NCBI GenBank assembly: GCA_030390025.1
Contig: CM059432.1
Coordinates: forward strand, 27,220,001 to 27,284,000
Reading direction: 5' to 3'
Origin: Squalus acanthias
Taxonomy: Eukaryota
Length of the DNA: 64,000 nt
In this document: piece after piece, positions 41,041 through 52,304 of the stretch
Position numbering within the stretch: the first letter of the stretch is position 1
Layout of the letters: the number at the start of each line of letters is the position of its first letter
Notes under the pieces: model-generated
What the model was told of the DNA's origin: nothing
The model's database searches: none
Seen by the model: the letters and a program-made list of their open reading frames with translations, nothing else
Translations under genes and position numbers: made by a program

Positions 41041-41594
41041 AAAACAAATAAACTGTAACTAATAAATCATTAAATGAAACTTAACAAATTAAATTAAAAT
41101 TGTGTTGGTCGGGGTGATGATGCACTCCAGTCCCCACGGCACCCACTGGTCGCCGAAGGCCTCGAGCGTGTTGGCGGACACTGCGTGCTCCATCTCCAGG
41201 GCCACCCGGGCATGAACATGGCCATGGAAGAGAGACAGGCAGTCGGGCCGAATGACCCCCTCGACCGCCCGCTGCCTGGACCAATTAATGGCCACTTCGG
41301 CCTGCTCCCCTCCGCACCGGATGACCAAAGATCAGGAGCGTGGGACTGAAGTGCAGTCAAAAATCAACCTTTGAGTGTAATGCCAATGAGCTTGGGCTGA
41401 AAGACTATGGGCCAGAAATTCGGGTCTCCACGGGTGAGTACCTTATCGAATGCCTTTTGGAAATCCAAATATACTACATCCACCAGTTCCCCTTTATCTA
41501 TCCTGTTAGTTACATCCTCAAAAAACTCTAATAAATTTGTCAAATAGATTTACCTTTCATAAAACCGTGTTGTATCTCTTGCCCAAAACCTTAA

Positions 41595-42471
41595 GGGGGA
41601 GAAATTCAGTATCGCCCCATTTGGGGCGCAATTATCGGCTGGGCACAAAGATTAGCGCCTGGCGCTAATTATCGCCTCCGACTGCAAACTTGGCTTTTAT
41701 CGCCCCTGGAGGTGATTGGAGCGCTAAATCAGGCGCTTCACAACTGTCTTAAGGCGCAAAGGCCGAGGAGCGAGGCGCTACCTCAGAGCGCTGGCAAAGC
41801 TCATGTGATGTCAGTCAGCAATGGAACACAGACACAATGGTGCCGGCCAGTTCTCCATCCACATCATGCTCATTGCAGCCTTGAATCTCGGCCAGGAGAG
41901 ACCTGTACATCAAATCTGCTGGAAAGAACAATGGAGAGCACCAGGGAACGAGCTCAGAGTGCAGCCCCGACAGTCTCTTCTAAATCGATACAAGGAAGGG
42001 CAAATCAAAATGAACCTGCAAAGTGCTGCTCAGTACCCAAAACTCCTTCACACAGCGTTGAATCTCTCCAGAAGTCTCTCTCTCTCTCTCTCTCTCTCTC
42101 AGAATGCGTGGTGCAAAAATGTCACCAACAAAAAAAGGCAGGAAGCGGTCGCCTTTAAATAGCGTTCCCCCAGTCCCTTCCTGACTGCAAAACGCTCCCC
42201 TCAACCTGTTGTTGCTAGCGGCAGGCGGTAAGGCAGGGGGTGCCACTCAATATCCGGTCCGGGGCGCTACCGGGGCGTTGCGCACTCGACTGACGTCACG
42301 ATCTGCCGGCGCAGGAGATCGTGGCGGTAGTGTTTAGCGCTGCCACAAAATGTCTCGTTAATTTCGTGAGCGGCGCTAACATCGCCATGCCCGGGCGCTA
42401 GTTGCTTTGCGCCCCATTAGCGCCCTCTTAAGGCTCTAACAGGAGGCGCAAACCAACTGAATTTTTCCCCC
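41595..42471. mobile_element. Harbinger internal-deletion derivative (MITE) inserted in CR1
   Basis: TIRs GGGGGAGAAATTCAGT / ACTGAATTTTTCCCCC, TAA TSD. Confidence 0.92.
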
Positions 42472-43277
42472 TAAATCTGTGTCCCCTAGTCCTTGTACCA
42501 TCAACTAGTGGGAACAGCCTTTCCCCATCTAGCCTAACCAAACCCGTCATAATCTTGTACACCTCTATCAAATCACCCCTCAACCTCCTTTGCTCAAATG
42601 AAAACAAATCCAGCTTCTCCAACCTGTCCTTGTAGCTAAGATCCCCCATCCCCGGAACCATTCTGGTAAATCTCCTCTGCACCCTCTCAAGGATCTTTAC
42701 ATCCTTCCTAAAGTGTGGTGACCAGAACTGGACGCAATACTCCAGTTAAGGCCTAACCAGCGCTTTATAAAGTTTCAGCATAACTTCTCTACTTTTGTAC
42801 TCAATACCTCTATTTATGAAGCCCAAGATCTCATAAGCTTTGTTTACTACTCTCTCAATATGTCCTGCCACCTTCAGGGACCTATGCACATTAACTCCCA
42901 GGTCCCTCTGTCACTGCACACTCTTTAAAACTGTGCCATTAAGTGTATATTGCTTCTCCCTGTTCCTTCTGCCAAAATGCATCACCTCATACTTCTATGT
43001 ATTAAATTCCATCTGCCACTTGTCTGCCCATTCTGCTAGCCTTTCTATGTCCTGTTGCAGTCGATTGATATCATCATCACTGTTTGCCACACCACCAAGT
43101 TTGGTGTCATCAGCAAATTTAGAAATTCTACTCTGTATTCCAATATCCAGGTCATTTTTATATTTCAAAAAAAGGAGTGGCCCCAGCACAGACCCTTGGG
43201 GAACACCACTGTCTACCTCCAGTCTGAAAAGCAGCCATTTACCACAACTCGTTGTTTTCTGTCCTTAAGCCAATTCC
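42472..43277 (-). mobile_element. CR1 LINE RT fragment
   Basis: ORFs 42428-42682 and 42995-43189 (FADDTKL). Confidence 0.85.
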
Positions 43278-45698
43278 TTAAGACAGAGTAAAAGAACTAG
43301 GAAGGTAGTGCAGGAGTCCCCTGGATCCATCTCCCTCTCCGACAGATTTTCCGTTTTGGATACTGCTGGGGGAGATGGTTTCTCGGGAATGCAGCAAGAG
43401 CCAAGTCCGTGGACCTACAAGTTGCCCCGCTGCACAGGAGGGGAGGAAAAAGAGTGCGAGAGCAATAGTGATAGGGGATTCTATCGTAAGGGGAACAGAT
43501 AGATGTTTCTGTGGCCGCAGACGTGACTCCAGGATGGTATGTTGCCTCCCTGGTGCCAGGGTCAAGGATGTCACTGAACGGCTGCAGGGCATTCTGAAGG
43601 GGGAGGGCGAACAGTCAGAGGTCGTGGTTCACATTGGTAGCAACGACATGGGTAGAAAGAGGAATGAGGTCCTGCAACAAGAATTTAGAGAGCTAGGTAG
43701 CAGATTAAAAAGCAGGACCTCAAAGTTTGTAATCTCTGGATTACTCCCTGTGCCACGTGCTAGTGAGTATAGGAATAGGAGGATAGAGCAGATGAATGCA
43801 TGGCTAAAGAGTTGGTGCAGGAGGGAGGGCTTTAGTTTCCTGGATCACTGGGTCTGCTTCTGGGGAAGGTGGGACCTGTACAAGTCAGACGGGTTGCACC
43901 TGAACCGGAACGGGACCAACATCCTTGCGGGGAGGTTTGCTAGTACTGTTGGGGGGGGTTTAAACTAACTTGGCAGGGGGATGGGATACTGAGTGGAGCT
44001 ATAGTAGGGGGTGATGCACAGCCAAATAGAGAGGAAAAAACAAGTCAGCCTGGAAGGCAGAGCAAATATGTAACGGCACAAGGGAGTATGGCAAGGCTGG
44101 ATGGCATTTATTTTAATGCAAGGAGTCTTACGAGTAAGGCAGATGAATTGAAGGTGTTGATGAACACATGGGAGTATGATATTGTTGCTATCACAGAGAC
44201 ATGGTTGAGGGAGGGGCAGGACTGGCAGCTCAATATTCCAGGGTATAGAATCTTCAGACGAGACAGAGGGGGGTGTAAAAGAGGAGGGGGTGTCGCAATA
44301 TTAATCAAGGAGTCAATTACTGCGGTAAGGAGGGATGATATCTTAGCAGGTTCCTCCAATGAGGCCATATGGGTGGAAATTAAAAACAAAAAGGGGGCAA
44401 GCACATTGCTGGGAGTGTACTATAGGCCCCCAAACAGTCAGGGGGAGATAGAGGAACAGATATGTAGGCAAATCTCAGAGAAGTGTAGAAATAATAGGGT
44501 AATAATAGTAGGAGATTTCAACTTCCCCAATATTAACTGGGATAGTCAGAGTGTGAAAGGCCTAGAGGGTGCGGAATTCTTAAAGTGCATCCAGGAGAGC
44601 TTTTTGAGCCAGCATGTAGAAAGTCCTACAAGAGAGGGGGCGGTACTGGACCTAATTCTAGGGAATGTAAGCGGGCAAGTGGTAGAAGTGTCAGTAGGAG
44701 AGTATTTTGGTGACAGTGACCATAATTCGGTGAGATTTAAGGTAGTCATGGAAAAGGACAAAGATGGACCGGAAATAAAGGTTCTAAATTGGGGGAAGGC
44801 TGATTTTAATATGATAAGGCAGGATCTGGCCAAAGTGGACTGGGATCAGCTACTTGTAGGAAAATCCACATCAGAGCAGTGGGAGTCTTTCAGAAAGGAA
44901 ATAGAGAGAGTACAACGCCAACATGTTCCCGTAAAGATCAAGGGTGGGATCAACAAACCCAGGGAACCCTGGATGTCAAGGGATATACAAGAATGGATTA
45001 GGAAAAAAAGGGAGGCTTTTGGCAGATACAAAGAACTAAAAACAGTGGAAGCCCTAGAGGAGTATAGAATGTGCAGGGGGGTACTTAAAAAAGAAATTAG
45101 GAGAGCGAAGAGGGGGCATGAAATAACACTGGTGGGCAAAATAAAGGAAAATCCCAAGGTGTTTTATATTAAGGGCAAGAGGATAACCAGGGAAAGAGTA
45201 GGGCCCATTAGGGACCAAAGTGGCAATCTGTGTGTAGAGCCGGAAGATGTAGGTGAGGTTTTAAATGAATATTTTGCATCTGTGTTCACTATGGAGAAGG
45301 ACGATGTAGGAATAGAAATCAGGCAGGGAGATTGTGATATACTTGAACAAATTAGTATTGAGAGGGAGGAGGTACTAGCGGTTTTAGCGGGTTTAAAAGT
45401 GGATAAATCCCCAGGCCCAGATGAGATGTATCCCAGGCTGCTGTGTGAGGCAAGGGAGGAGATTGCAGGGGCTCTGACACAAATTTTCAGAACCTCTCTG
45501 TCCACAGGGGAGGTGCCAGAGGACTGGAGGACAGCTAACGTAGTACCATTATTCAAGAAGGGTAGTAGGGATAAACCAGGGAATTACAGGCCAGTGAGCC
45601 TAACATCAGTGGTAGGGAAATTATTGGAAAAAATTCTGAGGGACAGAATTAGTCTCCACTTGGAGAGGCAAGGATTAATCAAGGATAGTCAGCATAGC

Positions 45699-45701
<3 letters not shown>
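43278..45701 (+). mobile_element. CR1 LINE 5' portion: ORF1 SGNH/GDSL esterase (43375-43968) and ORF2 endonuclease to start of RT (44088-~45701)
   Basis: IGDSIVRG, HIGSND, DGLHL; then FNARSL, ITETWL, GDFN, SDHN, NYRPVSLTS; CR1 homology ends at QHSF. Confidence 0.93.

Positions 45702-45731
<30 letters not shown>
45702..45731. repeat. (GA)n microsatellite
   Basis: Direct reading. Confidence 0.95.
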
Positions 45732-45733
<2 letters not shown>

Positions 45734-46549
45734 ACCTTCATCACATCTCCATTGTAATAGTGGACTTGCAGCTGATAGTCAGCTATCCACTTGTGCTCCC
45801 GCCAGGTTTCACTGGAGTGTTTCACACCAGGCGTACTTCACGTCAGAAAAGGGTTAAACTAGCTAAAACGTTTCAAAATGGCATTACAGAGCCAATTTAG
45901 GGCTTGTTAAGGGCTTTAATGGCCTTTCCTGCCTCTTGGAGGCGGGACGGAGTCGGGAACACCGCGACTGATTTTGTCAAAATTGCATGGGGTCGGGAAC
46001 CCCGACCCCGCAAATTTAACCCTCCACACGCCTCCAAACCCGACTCCATGGGTCATTCAAAATCCAGCCCTACATTTTTATACATTAAAATAAGCATGTC
46101 CGGCTAATGCTAAATTAATTCCTGCAACCTGATTGGATCTTGTCCCGCATGCACCTTCACGGATTGGTTACAAATCTTAATATAAACATGTGTAAGCTGC
46201 CTCCTCAATCAATCACTCAAACTGCTGAATGCTAATTAAAAGATACCTTGGAATGCGACCTAGGTAATAAAGCTGTTAAAAGCAGTTGAAATGCTGAACA
46301 TCCTGTCTCCATTTAATTGTTTTGTTTCTCTTCAAAGGTCAGCCATCTTGACTGCATCTTTATGGATGTGGTCTTTCATGTTAGCACCTGTCTTTCTTAC
46401 ACTATTCAGTGAAACTTCCAGCAATGTCATCTTAACTCTTTCCCCACTGCACCCATAATTTGAATAGTCTACAGGGAGTGGTCTGGCTGGTGATGAAGTA
46501 CTTTTTTGTTCATTTAAAAGATTGTGCTGAAACAAGTTGCTTCCAGACA

Positions 46550-48728
46550 TGGATGGCACGGTAGTCCTTCCTATTGGAATTGAGCATGACTGGGAGAATG
46601 AAGAGAGGCTACACAGAACTGGAGAAGCTGCTCGAAGAGGGAGGAGCAGGGAGAAGGGTTCTCAGCATGAGGCCATATCTGCTGAGGGTCTTTAGGGAGC
46701 AATTCTCTTAACTCGACTTCAGCAAAGACCAATGTTTGAGACATTTTCACTTCACTAAAGTGGTCGTGACTGAAATCTACCAACTGCTGCAGCCATAACT
46801 GCAACCTTAAAGCAGGGCAAGAACCACATTGATAGTGGCTGTCAAGGTGACCATGGCTCTTAACGTTCATGCATCTGGCTCCTTCCAGGCTGCTGCTGGA
46901 GATATAAGCAAGATCTCACAGTTTGCAGTACACTGCCCCATAAGGAAGGCCACTAAGGCTCTCTATACACAGAGAGAAGGCTTCATGTCACTCCCTCTTG
47001 CCAGAGACAAGCAGGCGGAGTGAGCAATAAGGTTTGCATGGATTGCAGGCTTCCCCATCATGCAGGGTGTCATTGACTGCATGGATATTGCCTTGTGTGT
47101 GCCTTATCTGAACTCGGCCATTTTCATGAACCGAAAGGGATTCCACTCCCTCAATGTGCGGCTAGTGTGCCACCACAGGCAGCTGGAAATCCTGGCAGTA
47201 GTCACGATTCCTTCATTCTGCAGTCGCCTGTGCCACGTGTACTTGACCCACCACAACAAGTCAAAGGCTGGCTACTGTGCGACAAGGGTTATCCACTCAT
47301 GACATGGCTCATGACTCCGGTCCGGAATCCACGCACACGTGCACATCACGCCTACAATGAGAGCCATGCTGCCACAAGGAACATTATAGAGCACACTATT
47401 GACGTCTTCAAGCAACGTTTCCACAGGCTGGACCGCTCTGGAAGAGCGCAGCAGTAATCAGCTGAGCGAGTATTAAGATTTGTGGTAGTATGCTGCATGC
47501 TGCACAACCTGGTCATTATGAGGGAACAGCCCTTGCCATCACCTATCAGACGAGAAACTGAGGAGCAGAAGCATGAGATAGAGGAAGAGGAGAAGGAGGA
47601 GGAAGTGCAACAGGAAGTGGAGGAAAAGGAGCAGGAAGGGAGAATACAACGTAAACAGCCCCTTTCTGCCCGGGCACGACGTGATCAAATAATTTATGAG
47701 CGATACCAGTAACCTCAACCGCAACTCCCCATTCACCAACAGTCCCACACTCCTTACCTCTATCACTGACCTGAACATCGTCCTCTTTCCGATTAACACA
47801 AAAATAAAAACCAGAAAATGCACATTCCAATCCAAATTTATAAATTCAATCATTACATAATGCATACAAAAATAAACTAATCACCCTTATGCATTCCCTT
47901 AGTGCCGGTCTTCCGTGTGCCTTTGCCTCTCCTAGTGCTCCTATGAGGTGCTTTCCTAGTGACTGCAGCATGGATGGTGGAGGGCTGCTGACCTCCAATT
48001 GAGGAGACTGCAGATGGTCTTGGAGGGCGACCACTGGGCCTAGAAGTCCCGGCTTCAGACTGCACCATCTCAGTGTGCGCTGCAGCAGTCTGGGCTGGCT
48101 GGCTGACAGGCAACAGCAAGGGTACTGGCGGAGCGGCATGGGTGGGAGCAGGTATGCTGCCATCCTGAGAGAGGAGGCTAGTGGTGCACTTAGTAGGTTT
48201 TGGCCATTTGCAGATGAACTCACTGACCTTGACAACTCGTGTGAGATTGTTAAACTTCTTCCTGCACTGCATCCATGTTCTTGGAGCAACATACCTGGCA
48301 TTGACCTCCGCCTGGCATTGGTCCCACTGTGCCCTGAGCATCTGTCTGGAGGATCTCCTGTCCCCCTACATCCGGATGTCTCTCCTTCTCTCCACTTCTT
48401 CCGCCAAGACCTCCAGTGCATTGTCTGAAAACCTTAGTGCTCGCTCTCTTGCTTGTTCAGCCATTGCTCAAACTATCACAGCCCAGATTGCCTTTTGAAA
48501 AAACTGCCACCACTTTTTGCAGCCACAATGCACCTCACCTTTAAGGCTGCCTTTACATAGCGCTAGCCACTCGTGATATCAGGTCCCCTGCTGATGCTTG
48601 CAGCCAATGAACAGCACGGGGAGCGCTGACTGCACACAGAAATCATGTAAAGAGCAGGCAACAGCAACTTAACGGGTTAATCGGGTATCGCAATCTTCAC
48701 AATGCGGAGGTTAGCCAATTTCTCCCCC
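46550..48728. mobile_element. Older decayed Harbinger: transposase (+, ~46550-47712) and internally deleted Myb gene (-, 47877-48464)
   Basis: GVIDCMD, NRKGFHSLNV, CDKGYPL, IEHTIDVFKQRF; PRTWMQCRKKFNNLTRVVK; TIR-like AATTTCTCCCCC at the right end. Confidence 0.8.
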
Positions 48729-48889
48729 ATATTGTTTAAGCTAAGTAAGAGGACCTACTGATGTAGGTATGCATAGCATACTCATTAAAAAAAATATTGA
48801 TCTACCTGCACTCACACTTACAGGAGATTAAGTATTTGCATTCCTTGGCCTATCTTTTCATACTCACCCTTCAATCTTCAGCGCAGCAA

Positions 48890-49280
48890 TAGGCCATTCG
48901 TCCCAACTGATCTCTGCTGCCGTTTATGCTCCACCCGAGCCTCCTCCCACCCCTCTTCATCTCACCCTTTCAGCATACCCTTCTATTCCTTTCTCCCTCA
49001 TGTGCTTATCTAGCTTCCTCTTAAATTGCCTCAACTACTCCTTGTGGTAGTGCTTACCACGCTCTTTGGGTAAAGAAGTTTCTCCTGAATTGCCTGTTGG
49101 ATTTATCAATGACTATCTTACATTTATGACCTCTAGTTTTGGTCTCCCCACACAAGTGGAAACTTTTTCCTCCACGTCTTACCTATCAAGCCCTTTCATT
49201 ATCTTAAAGACCTCTATCAGGTCACCCCTCAGCCTTCTCTTTTCTAGAGAAAAGAGCCCCAGCCTGTTCAATCTTTCAAG
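48890..49280 (-). mobile_element. Decayed CR1 3' fragment
   Basis: CR1 C-terminus-like sequence (AGGTCACCCCTCAGCCTTCTCTTTTCTAGAGAAAAGAG). Confidence 0.6.
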
Positions 49281-50131
49281 AATTGTACTCTACATCCCTG
49301 CAGTTTATGTACCACACAAACAATCCCCAGTGATGTAACTGCACCGGTGCCTATTATCATTCAGTTTCTCTGCACAACAGCCTCTTAGCTTAGGATATCC
49401 AGCTGCCAGGCTTCATTCAACAGTACCGACTTAACAGTATCAACACAACAGTTCAAGTACTTTTAAGAAAGAGGGCTTTTCGAACTCTACAATTACATAA
49501 AATTAATTTTATTCTAACTTGTTTTAAAAACAAATAATTAGCAACTCATTAAAGACAATTTATTCAAAAAACATGTCAGTTTAACTTACACAGTGAACTT
49601 CCAACAGCATATAATGAGAAAGCCTCCCATTTTAAAAGGTGCAATCAAAACTAGTTTCTGTTAGCAGATGAAATTGGTCACCACAGAGATGCTATCAAAA
49701 CATGTTAAAAAAGAATGCTCGTGCACTGGACCTGTCATTCCAGATTAGAGCCATCTGAGACACATGCAGCAATTGTGCAATACTGCACTAGTTTCCCTCA
49801 CTCTTGTATCTGTTAGAGTAAAGAGGTAACATACCCAAGTTAAAAATTAGGGAGTTGGAACTAAAAAGTGAAGTCAATAGTTCTTTTTCACCCTAAGAGC
49901 AATAAAGGAGGTCTCTTAAAGGAGGCAAATGGGTTGAGGAAGAGTTTCTGGAGAGAAACAGTTGAAGGATGTAATTAGAAGTTGTGTAGATTTATTAAAA
50001 AGGAGACACGTTTGTTGAATGGAAAAGGAAAAGTTTTGTGGCTGACCCGAGTTTCACATCCTGTACAGGTAGGACATCTGGAAGTACTGAGGCAAAACAT
50101 GGGTAAATTTACACGGGTAAATCGTCGACAG

Positions 50132-51881
50132 TGTAAGGGATTCCCTGACCCTGCGTGTCTCGTAGCCTGTGAGATTCACGCGGCTCTGTGCAGCCTGTAT
50201 GTCAGTGCGGGTCTAGGCCTGGTTGCCTGTTCTGGTCTCCAGCCAGTCTGGGAACACTAGACACACCTGTGAGTGGTTCGAATCACTCTCCCTTACGGTT
50301 CTAGACACTGGACTTAGATGCGAGAGCAGTAATGGAGATAAAACTCATGTAGACTTGGTTTGAATGGTACGAAATGGAAAATCTTTATTGCATGATACTT
50401 AAAATTATGAAATACATGTCATAAGCACAGATTAATGACAGTACAATCTTACAAACAGTTATATAGTCGATCTTAGGGAAACGAGGAACGAACGGCACAA
50501 CGTAAATAGGGGCACACATTACAAATATCCTTAATCTTTAAACCCTCCCCTATCAATATCTATCCTAAACTAGCTTCGTAGGATCTCGAGACTCATGCTC
50601 ACCACTCGTGATAACTCGGAGAAATTCCGAATAGCTGATCGGATGTCTTTCACCGCAGCACCCACGTGTCGGTCAGGAGATCTCCTGGTCCCACTTGTTT
50701 ACTTGCTTCTGCTGCTTCGGCTAGTAGGCTGGACCGTCTGCTGTGATGAAGACCTGTGTTGGCTGGTTTAACAGGTACTCTTGGAGCACCGTTGTCAATA
50801 TCATTGATACGATGTGTTTTCACGTTCCAACCTCCTTAGACACAGTCCCGTTATCGTCGATGCAATATGTTTTGTTAGAAGTTTTAAAGAAGAAAACTTC
50901 CTGGCGAGGAAAACTTGGCTGATCGACCTACAGGCGCGGTCGGGATTTACTGACCGTGGCGATGGATATGGTCTTCTTCTCTTCTCCTCTCATCTCATCT
51001 CATCTCATCTCATCTCGGGCCTTTGGTTCCGCTGCCAGTTACCAACATAGGTCTTCGTTACGCGACACGAGGTAGATCCGTACGGATCAGAAAGTTCAAC
51101 AGTCTTTTCAGAAGAGGCAACAGGCACGCAGAAGCCCAACTACGAGTACACAGGAGCAGCCACGAGGTTACGAATCGACCGGATAAAACACAGGAGCAAG
51201 CGAGCGAACGCAGGAGCAAGAACAAGAGCACGAGGCAAGAGGCAAGAGAGCGAATGGACGGTTTGGAGCCTGCAATTATAGTGCAAAAATCTTCCGTTTC
51301 CCGCCCAACTATAATGTCCATTCTTTTGTTTAGGGTTTGGCGCCCAAATGTCTTGTATGGGTGATCTCCGTTCTTAATGGGTTTCGGGGCTACTCATGAA
51401 TGTTTGAGTACCTGTTAATATTTCTCCCATTGTTAAATCGGTCGGTGTTCTCCCTGGAGGGGTTTGGGGCTTCCAAGTGTCATGTATAACTACCTGCTAA
51501 CGGCTCTCTCATCGTAGAGTCGTTGGGAGTTTACATATTAATGTCCTTTGGATGGGCCCTTGATTACTCGGTACAATGGCTTTCCTTTGTACCTGGGAGA
51601 CCGATTCCAGTATCTATGTTTATACTGCAAACCCATAATGTCTCGTGTATTATCTTCACTGTGCTGAATCGTTATCGATCTTGCACAAATGTTTAATGGA
51701 ACGCCATCTTGTCTGCCTGTTGAAAAGTCCAGAATGTTCTGTCACGAGGTGCGGCGGCCATTTTACAGGCTGCTTGTGTCCAATTTAAACCTGCCAGCAT
51801 TCTGCTGAAATAAAAGCTGTTTGAACGAAACTTTGTGTTTTCTCCTTATTAATCAAATCGCGATATATTGCGAATTCTACA
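50132..51881 (-). repeat. 3' LTR (1750 bp)
   Basis: Direct repeat of 59910-61659; ends TGTA...TACA; minus-strand AATAAA at 50384-50389. Confidence 0.97.
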
Positions 51882-51893
51882 GTCCCTCCTGTT
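51882..51893 (-). promoter_or_regulatory. Polypurine tract (AACAGGAGGGAC)
   Basis: Purine-rich stretch immediately 5' of the 3' LTR on the coding strand. Confidence 0.7.
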
Positions 51894-52304
51894 GATGCGA
51901 ATAACTCCGCTTATCGTATCAAAAATCACAGTGGTGAGCAATCTTATCTCGATTTCACTCCGAATCCAGTAAATTAATCCCATAAATTTTAACTTAACGA
52001 GGGTCTCTGTGTCGTCCTTATTTCCCAAGAAAATCACATTTTATATCACCGTAGGCATCATTTGCCCTTAAACTTACACCACTTGTTTTCCTTCCCGGCG
52101 TAACCAGGCCGATACCTCACGCATCACCTGTATATTTGTCTTTTATTCAGGGAAAGGAAAAAACAAAACCCAAAACCAAACAATCAACACCATCACCAAA
52201 ATAAACAAATCCCAACTCTTAAACATGTCGAGTTTCCAACGTATTTACAATGAGTACAAACTTCCGCGGCGCACGCGGCGAGCGGGAGTGGCGCCATTTT
52301 CCGA

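Noticed and set aside
48850..49700. Isolated minus-strand splice-donor motifs suggesting host exons
   Set aside because: No supportable reading frame or acceptor; such motifs are common by chance.
50271..50288. Hairpin with Pol III B-box-like GGTTCGAATC in U5
   Set aside because: No convincing A-box, cloverleaf or terminator; not enough to call a tRNA or Pol III RNA.
50814..51364. Duplicated 78-, 113- and 87-aa ORFs in the LTRs (also 60592-61142) as accessory genes
   Set aside because: Duplicated only because the LTRs are; the plus-strand ORFs start at GTG/TTG; low complexity and no recognisable motif.
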